Source of the DNA: Candidatus Saccharibacteria bacterium UBA2951
GTDB lineage: Bacteria > Patescibacteriota > Saccharimonadia > Saccharimonadales > Saccharimonadaceae
DNA: 64,000 nt
Direction: 5' to 3'
Assembly: GCA_002348615.1 (NCBI GenBank)
Contig: DEBR01000003.1
Coordinates: 12,268 to 76,267, forward strand
Below, piece by piece: positions 52,761 through 61,653 of the stretch (positions are counted from its first letter, which is position 1; every line of letters begins with the position of its first letter). Both the position numbers and the translations under genes were made by a program. Below the pieces are notes generated by a model that saw only the letters and a list, made by a program, of their open reading frames with translations, did not search any database and was not told the origin of the DNA.

Positions 52761-54130
52761 GGATGCTGGATATCATCAGGCGGGCTGGCCGTAGTTTACG
52801 AAGTGCCAAGGCTCGTACGTTACTGACAAGCCTGGCGATCGCGGTCGGAGCCTTCACGTTGACTCTTACTCTGGCGGCCGGCAACGGCATTAGTGCCTAT
52901 GTGGACCGGTTGGTCGCAAGCAACTTTGACCCGTCAGAGCTTATCGTTGGTCGGGACAAGGAGGTCGAGAACACGGGCGCTCCGGACTCGTCGCCGCGTG
53001 AGTATGACGAATCTGTGGCGAGCGTTTCATTTGGCGGCCAAGGCAGTTTACAGCTGAAGCAGATTAGCGACGAAGATATAAAAAAGCTTGAATCGCTCAG
53101 TTACGTCAAGCAGGTCAGGCCGAATTACCAAATTGACGCAAGGTATATTACCCGTGAGGGAAGTAAGCGCTACAGCCTGAGTGTGCAGTCGTATAATCCA
53201 GGTCAGAAACCGGAGCTTGCGGCGGGAACATTGCCGAGCCGCGACTTGAAGCCAGGCACGTTGGTGCTACCGGAAGCATACGTCAAACTACTTGGGTTCA
53301 AGGATGCTAAATCGGCGATCGGAAAAACTGTGGACATCGTGACGCAGCAGCCATTCACCGAAGAAGCTATGAGAAGCTTCTTAGCCAGCGGCGCGTTAAC
53401 CCAGCCTGGTGCGGCCGCTCCCGAACCAAAGCGCCAGACAAGTGTATTTACCATTGCGGGTGTAAGCAAGCCAAGCGTCACCAGCCTGGCGACTGCAGGA
53501 CTGCCTGTTCTGCTTAGTTCGGAAGACGCCAAATCTTTGTATGACTTTACCTCGGCCGGTACGCAGAACCATGGCAAATATCTTTACGCCTACGTTCGAG
53601 TCGATGGAGCTGAAGACGTAAAAGTCGCGAACGACGCCAAGAAAAAGCTCAAAGCCATGGGGTATTCGGTCGTGACAAGCCAGGACCTTCAGGCAAGTTT
53701 GCAAACTATCGTCGCGGTGCTGCAAAGTCTTGTGGCTGTGTTCGCTATGATAACGATCATCGCTAGCGTGTTCGGTATCGTGAACACCATGTACATCAGC
53801 GTACTTGAGCGTACCCGGGAAATCGGGCTGATGAAAGCGCTCGGCATGCGTAGTCGATCAGTCGCGTGGTTATTCAGGATCGAAGCGGCATGGATTGGTT
53901 TTTTAGGAGGCGCCTTAGGCGCGACCGTCGCGGTACTCTTAAGCGTTGCCATCAACCCGCTTCTTACTAAGCAGCTTAATCTTGGTAAAGGCAATACCAT
54001 CCTCATGAACGATTGGGGTCAGATACTGCTACTCATTGCCGCGCTAATACTTGTGGCAATTTTGGCTGGTTGGTTCCCGGCACGAAAAGCCGCCAAACTT
54101 GACCCGATTGAAGCTTTGAGGACTGAGTAA
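52757..54130 (+). CDS. ABC transporter permease, FtsX/MacB type
   Basis: N-terminal TM, large extracytoplasmic domain, C-terminal three-helix FtsX module (REIGLMKALG). ATGA overlap with the ATPase gene. Confidence 0.9.
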   Translation: MRMLDIIRRAGRSLRSAKARTLLTSLAIAVGAFTLTLTLAAGNGISAYVDRLVASNFDPSELIVGRDKEVENTGAPDSSPREYDESVASVSFGGQGSLQLKQISDEDIKKLESLSYVKQVRPNYQIDARYITREGSKRYSLSVQSYNPGQKPELAAGTLPSRDLKPGTLVLPEAYVKLLGFKDAKSAIGKTVDIVTQQPFTEEAMRSFLASGALTQPGAAAPEPKRQTSVFTIAGVSKPSVTSLATAGLPVLLSSEDAKSLYDFTSAGTQNHGKYLYAYVRVDGAEDVKVANDAKKKLKAMGYSVVTSQDLQASLQTIVAVLQSLVAVFAMITIIASVFGIVNTMYISVLERTREIGLMKALGMRSRSVAWLFRIEAAWIGFLGGALGATVAVLLSVAINPLLTKQLNLGKGNTILMNDWGQILLLIAALILVAILAGWFPARKAAKLDPIEALRTE

Positions 54131-54381
54131 TGACTGAGCGGTATGGCAACTTCGCGGAAGGTATGGGAATGAGTGAAGTCAACGATAAAGTAGATGAACT
54201 CAACGCACGCATCGACCAATTGCAGCAAGACATAGCAACGCTGCAAGAGGCACTTGAAGCAGGCCACATGACTCACGAAGCGTACGAGATGGCGCATGAA
54301 CCGCTCGACCAGCAGCTTTCGATCGCAAAATATAACCGCGACGCATACTTAGCGCGGCTTGAATCGTGGGTGTCAGAGTAA
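54130..54381 (+). CDS. hypothetical small coiled-coil protein
   Basis: 83 aa. TAATG overlap with the permease gene. Heptad-like VDELNARIDQLQQDIATLQEALE. Confidence 0.5.
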   Translation: MTERYGNFAEGMGMSEVNDKVDELNARIDQLQQDIATLQEALEAGHMTHEAYEMAHEPLDQQLSIAKYNRDAYLARLESWVSE

Positions 54382-54389
54382 TGACCTTC

Positions 54390-54398
54390 TGCTACACT
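54390..54398 (+). promoter_or_regulatory. extended -10 box (TGCTACACT) 9 nt upstream of serS
   Basis: TGCTACACT at 54390-98, ATG at 54408. Confidence 0.4.
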
Positions 54399-54407
54399 TA
54401 TTGATAT

Positions 54408-55706
54408 ATGTTAGACATCCGTTATATCCGTGAAAATGCCGATAAGGTTCAAGAAGCCGCTAAAAATAAAGGCTACGACGTTTCGATTTCAGAACTTTTG
54501 AAGCTTGATGACGAGCGCCGCGAATTGCAGCAGCAAGTTGACGCACTGCGCGAACGGCGCAACGCGAACGCAGCGAGCATGAAAGGCGGCAAACCGGAAC
54601 AATCGGTCATTGATGAAGGCAAGCAGATAAAGATCGAACTGGCCGAACGCGAAGAATACCTAACTAACACTGAAGTAAAGTTCGTCGAACTATTAAAGAC
54701 CGTGCCGAACGTACCACTCGATATGGTTCCCGTAGGTTCAACGGAAGATGAGAACGTCGTCATTAAAACAAGTGGTGAAAAACCGCAGTTTGATTTTGAG
54801 CCCAAAAGTCACTGGGAACTGGCAGAGGCCCACGATTGGATTGATAAGGAACGTGCGGCCAAAATCGCCGGTGCACGATTCGCCTACCTAAAAGGCGATT
54901 TAGTACGTCTTGAAATGGCTCTTTGGAACTACGGCATGGACGTGCTTGGTTCGCAGGAGACATTGCAGAAAATCATTGACGATAATCACCTTGAAGGTGT
55001 CAGTTCAAAACCGTTCACACCAGTCATCCCGCCCGCCGTCGCGCGTACGGAAGTGTTCCAAGCAACCGGTCGACTGAACAAAGAGGAGCAGACCTACAAG
55101 CTTGAAGACGAAGATCTATGGCTGAACGCGAGCGCCGAGCATACCATGGCTCCTATGTACTTAAACGAAATCCTGCCGGAAGCACAGCTGCCGATTAGAA
55201 TCGTGGGCTATACTACGGCCTTTAGGCGTGAGGCCGGTACGTACGGCAAAGACGCCGAAGGAATCTTCAGGCTGCATCAATTCAATAAATTGGAGATGGA
55301 GAGTTTTACCACGGCCGAAGCCGGCCTGAACGAACACCTGTTCATGGTGGCGATTCAAGAGTATCTGATGGCTTCGCTGGGCTTGCCGTTCCAAACGCTT
55401 GAAAAATGCACGGCCGACATTGGTCGTCCGAACGCGAAGGGTGTCGACATCAATACCTGGCTGCCGGGACAGAGCGAATATCGTGAAACCCACACAGCTG
55501 ATTACATTACCGACTACCAAGCCCGACCTATGAAAACACGGGTTCGTCGTCAAGATGACACCGTACAATTCGTTCACACGAACGATGCCACAGTATTTTC
55601 GGAACGACCTCTAGTAGCGATACTTGAGAACTTCCAAACCGCCGATGGAAACGTGGTGATTCCAGAGGTACTACGCCCATACATGGGTGGCCGCGACATA
55701 CTTTAG
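54408..55706 (+). CDS. serS: seryl-tRNA synthetase
   Basis: N-terminal coiled-coil arm plus class II core (FRREAG, RLHQFNKLE). Confidence 0.97.
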   Translation: MLDIRYIRENADKVQEAAKNKGYDVSISELLKLDDERRELQQQVDALRERRNANAASMKGGKPEQSVIDEGKQIKIELAEREEYLTNTEVKFVELLKTVPNVPLDMVPVGSTEDENVVIKTSGEKPQFDFEPKSHWELAEAHDWIDKERAAKIAGARFAYLKGDLVRLEMALWNYGMDVLGSQETLQKIIDDNHLEGVSSKPFTPVIPPAVARTEVFQATGRLNKEEQTYKLEDEDLWLNASAEHTMAPMYLNEILPEAQLPIRIVGYTTAFRREAGTYGKDAEGIFRLHQFNKLEMESFTTAEAGLNEHLFMVAIQEYLMASLGLPFQTLEKCTADIGRPNAKGVDINTWLPGQSEYRETHTADYITDYQARPMKTRVRRQDDTVQFVHTNDATVFSERPLVAILENFQTADGNVVIPEVLRPYMGGRDIL

Positions 55707-55754
55707 AGTGCTATACTATAAGTACAAGAACTTCTAACGAAGGAGGGCACTTAC

Positions 55755-56132
55755 ATGATCCAATCAATCGCAATCACAGGCGTCAAATATGACATCGATG
55801 ATACGACTCAAAAATACGTGATGCGAAAGATAGGACGGCTCGACAGATTCCTCCCGCGACACGCACGAAAAAGCGTTTCCGCCGAAGTAAAGCTTAAAGA
55901 GGTCAACCGGGACAACGGCAACAAATACGAAGCCGAAATCATTCTGCATGTACCTGACAAACAGCTGGCTGCCAAGGATTCGACTGTCAATATGATCGCG
56001 GCGGTCGACATCGTTGAAGCCAAGATCGTGAGCCAACTTCGAAAGTACAAGGATCTTCACCTTGGTCACACCGGTCGAGCACGCGCAGTCCTGTCGCAAT
56101 TCAAACGAAGTTACGACCGCGAAGCCGCCTAG
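55755..56132 (+). CDS. hpf: ribosome hibernation promoting factor (RaiA/HPF family)
   Basis: ITG...YVMRKIGRLDRF...EAEIILHV...DSTVNMIAAVDIVEAKIVSQLRKYK. GGAGGG Shine-Dalgarno. Confidence 0.88.
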   Translation: MIQSIAITGVKYDIDDTTQKYVMRKIGRLDRFLPRHARKSVSAEVKLKEVNRDNGNKYEAEIILHVPDKQLAAKDSTVNMIAAVDIVEAKIVSQLRKYKDLHLGHTGRARAVLSQFKRSYDREAA

Positions 56133-56151
56133 CGACTACGCAAAACGATGT

Positions 56152-56189
56152 AAAACTGTCCGCTATGCAACTGGCGGGCAGTTTTGTTA
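56152..56189 (+). terminator. rho-independent terminator after hpf
   Basis: ACTGTCCGC-10 nt-GCGGGCAGT followed by TTTGTT. Confidence 0.75.
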
Positions 56190-56352
56190 CGATAAAAGCA
56201 TAAGAGTTTAACCAAAAGGGAACATAAACACGCATGACCCAGCAATTAGTCACATGCTTTTCAGCAGGCATATTTGCCGCCGTGGTATTCATGGTCGCAC
56301 TGGCATCCTTCGCCTAGTCGAATTTACGCCATAATTTCAGGGGTATTCGGAC

Positions 56353-56381
56353 TTCCAGCCAGGTCCGTTTCAGGGTATAAT
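56353..56381 (+). promoter_or_regulatory. sigma70-like promoter of secA
   Basis: TTCCAG (56353-58), 17-nt spacer, TATAAT (56376-81). Confidence 0.5.
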
Positions 56382-56422
56382 AATGCGTAGTTTTGAACTA
56401 GGCTGATAAGAGACGAGGGAAT

Positions 56423-59050
56423 ATGCCAAAGATTACGAGGCAATCTGTTTTAACGAAAGTGTTTGGGGACCCGCAAAAGCGGATACTTCGCGGCTACGAA
56501 AAGAAGGTCGCCGCGGTCAACGCACTGGCAGACAAATACAAAGACATGAAGAAGTCGGACCTGCCAAAGCAGACCGAACTGTTAAAAAAACGCCTGACAA
56601 AGAAAGGTACGACGCTCGACGACATCCTGCCGGACGCGTTCGCGCTGGTACGCGAGGCGTCAACACGCGTGCTTGGCATGCGTCATTTTGACGTACAGCT
56701 GATCGGTGGCATGGCCTTGCATCAGGGCAATGTGGCCGAAATGAAAACCGGTGAAGGAAAGACACTGGTCGCTACGCTTCCGACTTACCTGAACGCGCTT
56801 GAAGGTAAGGGCGTGCACGTCGTGACAGTGAACGACTACCTGGCACAACGCGACGCGTCGTGGATGGGCGAGTTGTATCACTTTTTGGGACTTTCGACCG
56901 GTGTTATCATCAACGATGCCAGCTTTATCTACGATCCAGACTACGACAATGAGGCTCACGACGACGAGCGCATGCGAAGGCTCCGTCCGGTTACCCGCAA
57001 GGAAGCCTATGCGGCCGATGTTACCTACGGAACGAACAACGAATTCGGATTCGACTACTTACGCGACAACATGGTCGATGACGTTGAACTACTTCGCCAA
57101 CGCGAGCTGAACTTCGCCATCGTCGACGAGGTCGACAGTATTCTGATTGACGAAGCCAGGACGCCGCTTATCATCAGTGCGCCGGCCGCCGAAAACCCCG
57201 ACAGCTATTACCAGTTCGCCAAAGTAGCCGCCAAGTTAACGGAAAAAGATTACATCCTGGACGAGAAGCGCCGTAGCGTCGCGCTGTCTGATGAAGGCGT
57301 GGAGCGCGTGCAGAAAATGCTCGGCATAAAAAACTTATTCACACCGGAATACGTACGTACCGTCTACCATATGGATCAAGCTCTTAAGGCTCAGACGCTA
57401 TTTAAGCGTGACAAAGATTACGTAGTTACGAACGACGGCGAGGTAATTATCGTTGACGAACACACCGGTCGTCTCATGCAGGGTCGTCGTTACAACGAAG
57501 GCCTGCATCAAGCAATTGAAGCCAAAGAAAACGTTCCCGTGTTGTCGGAAAGTATGACGCTCGCGACGATTTCGTTCCAGAACTACTTTAGGTTGTACAA
57601 CAAACTTTCAGGTATGACTGGTACGGCATTCACCGAAGCCGAGGAGTTCCAGCAGATTTACAGCCTTGATGTCGTTCAAATACCACCGAACAAACCTGTT
57701 ATCCGCGACGACAAGGAAGACCTGATTTTCAAGACAGAAAAAGGCAAATTAAAGGCCGTTGCCGATGTTATTAAAGAACATCACAAAGCCGGTCGTCCGG
57801 TGCTGGTCGGGTCGGCGAGCATCGCTAAGAACGAGATGATCGCGGAATATCTGAAAAAAGAAAAGATTCCGTTTGAAATCTTGAACGCGAAGAACAACGA
57901 ACGTGAAGCAGCCATCATTGCCAAGGCAGGAGAAAAGGGCGCGATCACACTCGCGACGAACATCGCCGGTCGTGGTACCGACATTAAGCTTGGCGAAGGA
58001 GTGGTTGAACTCGGTGGATTGGTCGTGATCGGCAGTGAACGTCACGAGTCACGCCGTATCGACAATCAGCTGCGAGGACGTGGCGGACGTCAGGGTGACC
58101 CGGGCGAGACACAGTTCTTCGTTAGTACCGAGGACGATCTTATGCGGATTTTCCAAGGCGAGCGGATCGCCAGCCTGATGGATCGTCTTGGTGTCGACGA
58201 AGACACGCCGATTCAGAACAAGGCGGTATCGAAAACGCTTGAAAACGCCCAGAAACGCGTTGAAGGCTACCATTTTGATACCCGTAAGAACGTTGTGCAG
58301 TATGACAACGTGATCAACCGCCATCGCCGTGTCGTTTACACCATGCGCCGCAAAATTTTGGAAGGTGACAATATCCAACCAGAGATCAAGCGTCTGATTA
58401 CCGAGATGGTCCGTGAGCTCACCGTTCTGCCAGCCAAGAACAACCCTAAGTTTTACGACGAGTTCACGGCTATCTTCCCGGTTGACGAGAAAGACCTGAA
58501 GCTGGTAGCGGAAGAAAAACGCGACAAAGCTCGCTACGAAGCCGGCCTTAAACTTGCTGAAAAACTGTACAAGCAAAAGGAGACCGAGGTCGAGGCCGAA
58601 ATGCTTCGCAAGGTTGAACGGGACGTCTATATACAGGTACTCGACACGCTTTGGATGCAGCACCTTGAAAACATGCAGCATCTACGTGACGGCATTCACT
58701 GGCGTTCAGTCGGGCAGCGGGACCCGCTGGTCGAATACCGGTCGGAATCGCAAAAATTGTTTGACGGCTTACAGGCGACGCTTCGCGAAGAAGTGCTACG
58801 GGCGATCATGCACGTACACAAGCATGACGCCATAACCGCCGATCATGAAGACCATGACACCGAGCTGACAAGGCTTGCCGAACGCGCGGTCGAACGTGGC
58901 GTGAACGAAATCGACACGGGTGAAACAAACCGTGACGACGACTTTAAGGTCACCAAAGTTAAGTCGGCCAACGAATCTGCTCGCGCTAAGAACGCGGCTC
59001 GCAAGAAAAAGAAAACCCAACGACAGAACAAAAAGAAAGGCCGACGTTAA
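56423..59050 (+). CDS. secA: preprotein translocase ATPase SecA
   Basis: MKTGEGKT Walker A, DEVDS, TNIAGRGTDI. Lys/Arg-rich C-terminus with no Cys/His. Confidence 0.98.
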   Translation: MPKITRQSVLTKVFGDPQKRILRGYEKKVAAVNALADKYKDMKKSDLPKQTELLKKRLTKKGTTLDDILPDAFALVREASTRVLGMRHFDVQLIGGMALHQGNVAEMKTGEGKTLVATLPTYLNALEGKGVHVVTVNDYLAQRDASWMGELYHFLGLSTGVIINDASFIYDPDYDNEAHDDERMRRLRPVTRKEAYAADVTYGTNNEFGFDYLRDNMVDDVELLRQRELNFAIVDEVDSILIDEARTPLIISAPAAENPDSYYQFAKVAAKLTEKDYILDEKRRSVALSDEGVERVQKMLGIKNLFTPEYVRTVYHMDQALKAQTLFKRDKDYVVTNDGEVIIVDEHTGRLMQGRRYNEGLHQAIEAKENVPVLSESMTLATISFQNYFRLYNKLSGMTGTAFTEAEEFQQIYSLDVVQIPPNKPVIRDDKEDLIFKTEKGKLKAVADVIKEHHKAGRPVLVGSASIAKNEMIAEYLKKEKIPFEILNAKNNEREAAIIAKAGEKGAITLATNIAGRGTDIKLGEGVVELGGLVVIGSERHESRRIDNQLRGRGGRQGDPGETQFFVSTEDDLMRIFQGERIASLMDRLGVDEDTPIQNKAVSKTLENAQKRVEGYHFDTRKNVVQYDNVINRHRRVVYTMRRKILEGDNIQPEIKRLITEMVRELTVLPAKNNPKFYDEFTAIFPVDEKDLKLVAEEKRDKARYEAGLKLAEKLYKQKETEVEAEMLRKVERDVYIQVLDTLWMQHLENMQHLRDGIHWRSVGQRDPLVEYRSESQKLFDGLQATLREEVLRAIMHVHKHDAITADHEDHDTELTRLAERAVERGVNEIDTGETNRDDDFKVTKVKSANESARAKNAARKKKKTQRQNKKKGRR

Positions 59051-59111
59051 CCGCTCTCCCGACTGAGCTAACTACCATAGAACGGGTGGGCAGGAAGACG
59101 AAATCATCGCA

Positions 59112-60404
59112 GTGAAGCATACGACACAAGAAGTACGACTAAAAAACGGCGCGCGCGGCCTGCTGGTTGATATTCCTGGCGCGACCGTCATGAGTTTCCA
59201 GTTCCAGTTCCGCGCCGGTAACCGCTACGTTAAACACAAGGACATTTACGAGACGGCGCACATCATGGAACACATGGCGTTCGGTGCCAACGCGCAGTTT
59301 AAGAGTGAGCATGAATACGAGGCCGAGTTTACCAAGAACGGCGCGTATCATAATGCCTTCACGAGCGACCTTTCAATGGTGTATATCGCTGATTGCGCCG
59401 ATTTTGAATGGGACCGGATACTGAAACTACAGCAGGTGGCGATTTGCCAGCCGCGCTTCAACAACGCCGAGCTTGAAGCCGAAAAGGGCAATGTCCGCTC
59501 TGAACTGACCGGCTATCTGAACAATCACAGCAGGGTGCTCTGGCCTAAGATTCAGCAACTCTTAGGCGAGGACATCCTGACGTTCTGGCAGCGGTTACAG
59601 ACTATCAACAACGTAACCCTAAAAGATATTAAAGAGCACTACGCGCGGACGCACACGGCCGATAACATGCGGTTCGTCATTGCCGGCAAACTATATGGTA
59701 GAAAAAAAGAAATCATTCGCATGCTTGAAGAATGGGAGCTCAGCCCTGGCGAACGCTTTGAGGTCCCTCGGGATGAACTGTCGAGCGGTAACCCGACCAT
59801 CATCCGCCGCAAGGAAGCCAGTAATATCACGTTCGGACTGTCTATGATGGTGCCACGCGAACTTGACGACGACGAACTTGAAGCTATGAACTGCCTTGAC
59901 CATATATTGACCGGTACCATGCACTCACGTATTTACGGTGCGGCGCGCGCCAAGGGTCTGGCTTATGGAGTATTTTCAGACACGACAGCTGGGTTCTACG
60001 ATTCAAGTTGGGACTTTGGTGGGCAAGTAAACCACGAAACAGCTGACCAGCTATTCGACATCTTCGTTCGCGAAATTAACGCGGTCTGCGAAGGCAACGT
60101 CACCGAAAAGGAACTTGAAGCAGCAAAATCATACGCACTTGGCCGTTACCAAATGGGTGCACAGACCGTATCGCAGATCTCGGGCTTTTACACCAACCGT
60201 TACTTCGCAGACGGAGTCGTCAAGGAATACGAAAAGGTTCCTGATGCTATCCGTGCCGTCACGTGCGACCAGATGGTCCAAACCGCTAAGTCATTCATGG
60301 ATGCCAACACCTGGGTGCTCGCAGCGGTCAGTAGCGAAGAAAAGGATGAAATCGTCGCCCTTAGTGATAAGATGGAAACGTTATTTAAGGTAAAGGAACA
60401 GTAA
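59112..60404 (+). CDS. M16-family (pitrilysin/insulinase-like) zinc peptidase
   Basis: Inverted zinc motif HIMEH (HxxEH). Two-domain length (430 aa). GTG start. Confidence 0.85.
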   Translation: MKHTTQEVRLKNGARGLLVDIPGATVMSFQFQFRAGNRYVKHKDIYETAHIMEHMAFGANAQFKSEHEYEAEFTKNGAYHNAFTSDLSMVYIADCADFEWDRILKLQQVAICQPRFNNAELEAEKGNVRSELTGYLNNHSRVLWPKIQQLLGEDILTFWQRLQTINNVTLKDIKEHYARTHTADNMRFVIAGKLYGRKKEIIRMLEEWELSPGERFEVPRDELSSGNPTIIRRKEASNITFGLSMMVPRELDDDELEAMNCLDHILTGTMHSRIYGAARAKGLAYGVFSDTTAGFYDSSWDFGGQVNHETADQLFDIFVREINAVCEGNVTEKELEAAKSYALGRYQMGAQTVSQISGFYTNRYFADGVVKEYEKVPDAIRAVTCDQMVQTAKSFMDANTWVLAAVSSEEKDEIVALSDKMETLFKVKEQ

Positions 60405-60408
60405 CGTA

Positions 60409-61653
60409 ATGAACATAGCACTGGCCGGTTTCGGGCAAGAGGGCAGAGCGAGTTACGAGTACTGGAATACGCCCGAGAATACGTTGACCATCGCCGACGA
60501 GCGCGAAACAATTGACGGCCTGCCTGACGGAATACGCACCGTGGTAGGTGCTGACGCGTTCGCGAAACTCGGTGAGTTCGATCTTATTATCCGTTCTCCG
60601 GGTATCAATCCGAAAAAGCTGCCATATGGCGAAAAAGTCTGGAGTCCGACCAACGAGTTCTTCGTCAAATGTCCGGCGCCTATCATTGGCGTGACTGGCA
60701 CAAAAGGCAAGGGAACGACAAGCAGCCTGATCGCTAGTATCTTAACGGCTGCCGGAAAAACCGTCCATCTGGTCGGTAATATCGGTACGCCGGCGCTTAC
60801 GGAACTGCCAAAAATAAAACCGGACGATATCGTCGTGTTTGAGCTCTCGAGTTTTCAACTTTGGGACATAAAAAAGAGCCCGCAAGTTGCTGTCGTGCTC
60901 GGTATTGAACCGGATCATTTGAACGTCCACGATGCTATGGAAGATTATGTGGCAGCGAAAGCGAACATCGTCCGGTTCCAAACGGCGGATGACTTGATGG
61001 TATTTAACCGTAACAATCAGATCGCAGTTCAAATCGCCTCTCTGTCGCCAGGTCGAAAAGCGGAGTATCCATTCGAACTAGGTGATATCGTTTCGACCAT
61101 CCAACTGCCTGGCCCGCACAACGTTGAAAACGCTAGCGCGGCGGTCGCGGCCGTGCAGGATTACGTAACGGACCCCGAGGTATTGAAGCAGGGCATCAGT
61201 TCGTTCACCGGTTTGCCGCACCGAATTAAGTTCGTGCGAGAAGTCGGCGGGGTACGCTTTTACGACGACAGCTATTCGTCGGCACCGGCAGCAAGCATTG
61301 CCGCCCTGAAATCATTTAACGACCCGAAAATCATTATTCTTGGCGGGTATGAAAAGCACGCTGATTTTTCTGATCTCGCAAGTTATGTCGCAAACGACGC
61401 GACCGTTAAAAAAGCCGTACTTATAGGTCAGACCAAGAACCGCATCGCGGAAGAATTCTCACGGCAGGGTATCGCCGATGACAGGTATGTAGTTATCGAC
61501 GACACAGATTTTTCAGCCATCATCCGCCAGGCATATGAAGCGGCTGAGTCAGGCGACGTACTACTGCTTAGTCCTGGCTGCGCCAGTTTTGATATGTTCA
61601 ACAATTTTACCGAACGTGGCGACCGTTTCGTCGACATCGTGAACGACCTATGA
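60409..61653 (+). CDS. murD: UDP-N-acetylmuramoyl-L-alanine--glutamate ligase (MurD family; possibly MurD2)
   Basis: Mur ligase ATP-binding loop GVTGTKGKGTT. MurD-like N-terminal Rossmann GFGQEG. DSYSSAP C-domain. Confidence 0.85.
   Translation: MNIALAGFGQEGRASYEYWNTPENTLTIADERETIDGLPDGIRTVVGADAFAKLGEFDLIIRSPGINPKKLPYGEKVWSPTNEFFVKCPAPIIGVTGTKGKGTTSSLIASILTAAGKTVHLVGNIGTPALTELPKIKPDDIVVFELSSFQLWDIKKSPQVAVVLGIEPDHLNVHDAMEDYVAAKANIVRFQTADDLMVFNRNNQIAVQIASLSPGRKAEYPFELGDIVSTIQLPGPHNVENASAAVAAVQDYVTDPEVLKQGISSFTGLPHRIKFVREVGGVRFYDDSYSSAPAASIAALKSFNDPKIIILGGYEKHADFSDLASYVANDATVKKAVLIGQTKNRIAEEFSRQGIADDRYVVIDDTDFSAIIRQAYEAAESGDVLLLSPGCASFDMFNNFTERGDRFVDIVNDL

Noticed and set aside
56101-56317. 63-aa minus-strand ORF, and a 27-aa hydrophobic plus-strand ORF (56234-56317, MTQQLVTCFSAGIFAAVVFMVALASFA) upstream of secA
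   Set aside because: The minus ORF overlaps the hpf 3' end and its terminator. The 27-aa ORF has only a weak, distant purine-rich site and is separated from secA by secA's own promoter, so a secM-like leader role is unsupported. Ribo-seq would be needed to revive it.
58049-58681. 210-aa minus-strand ORF inside secA
   Set aside because: Antisense to SecA, with no independent coding evidence.
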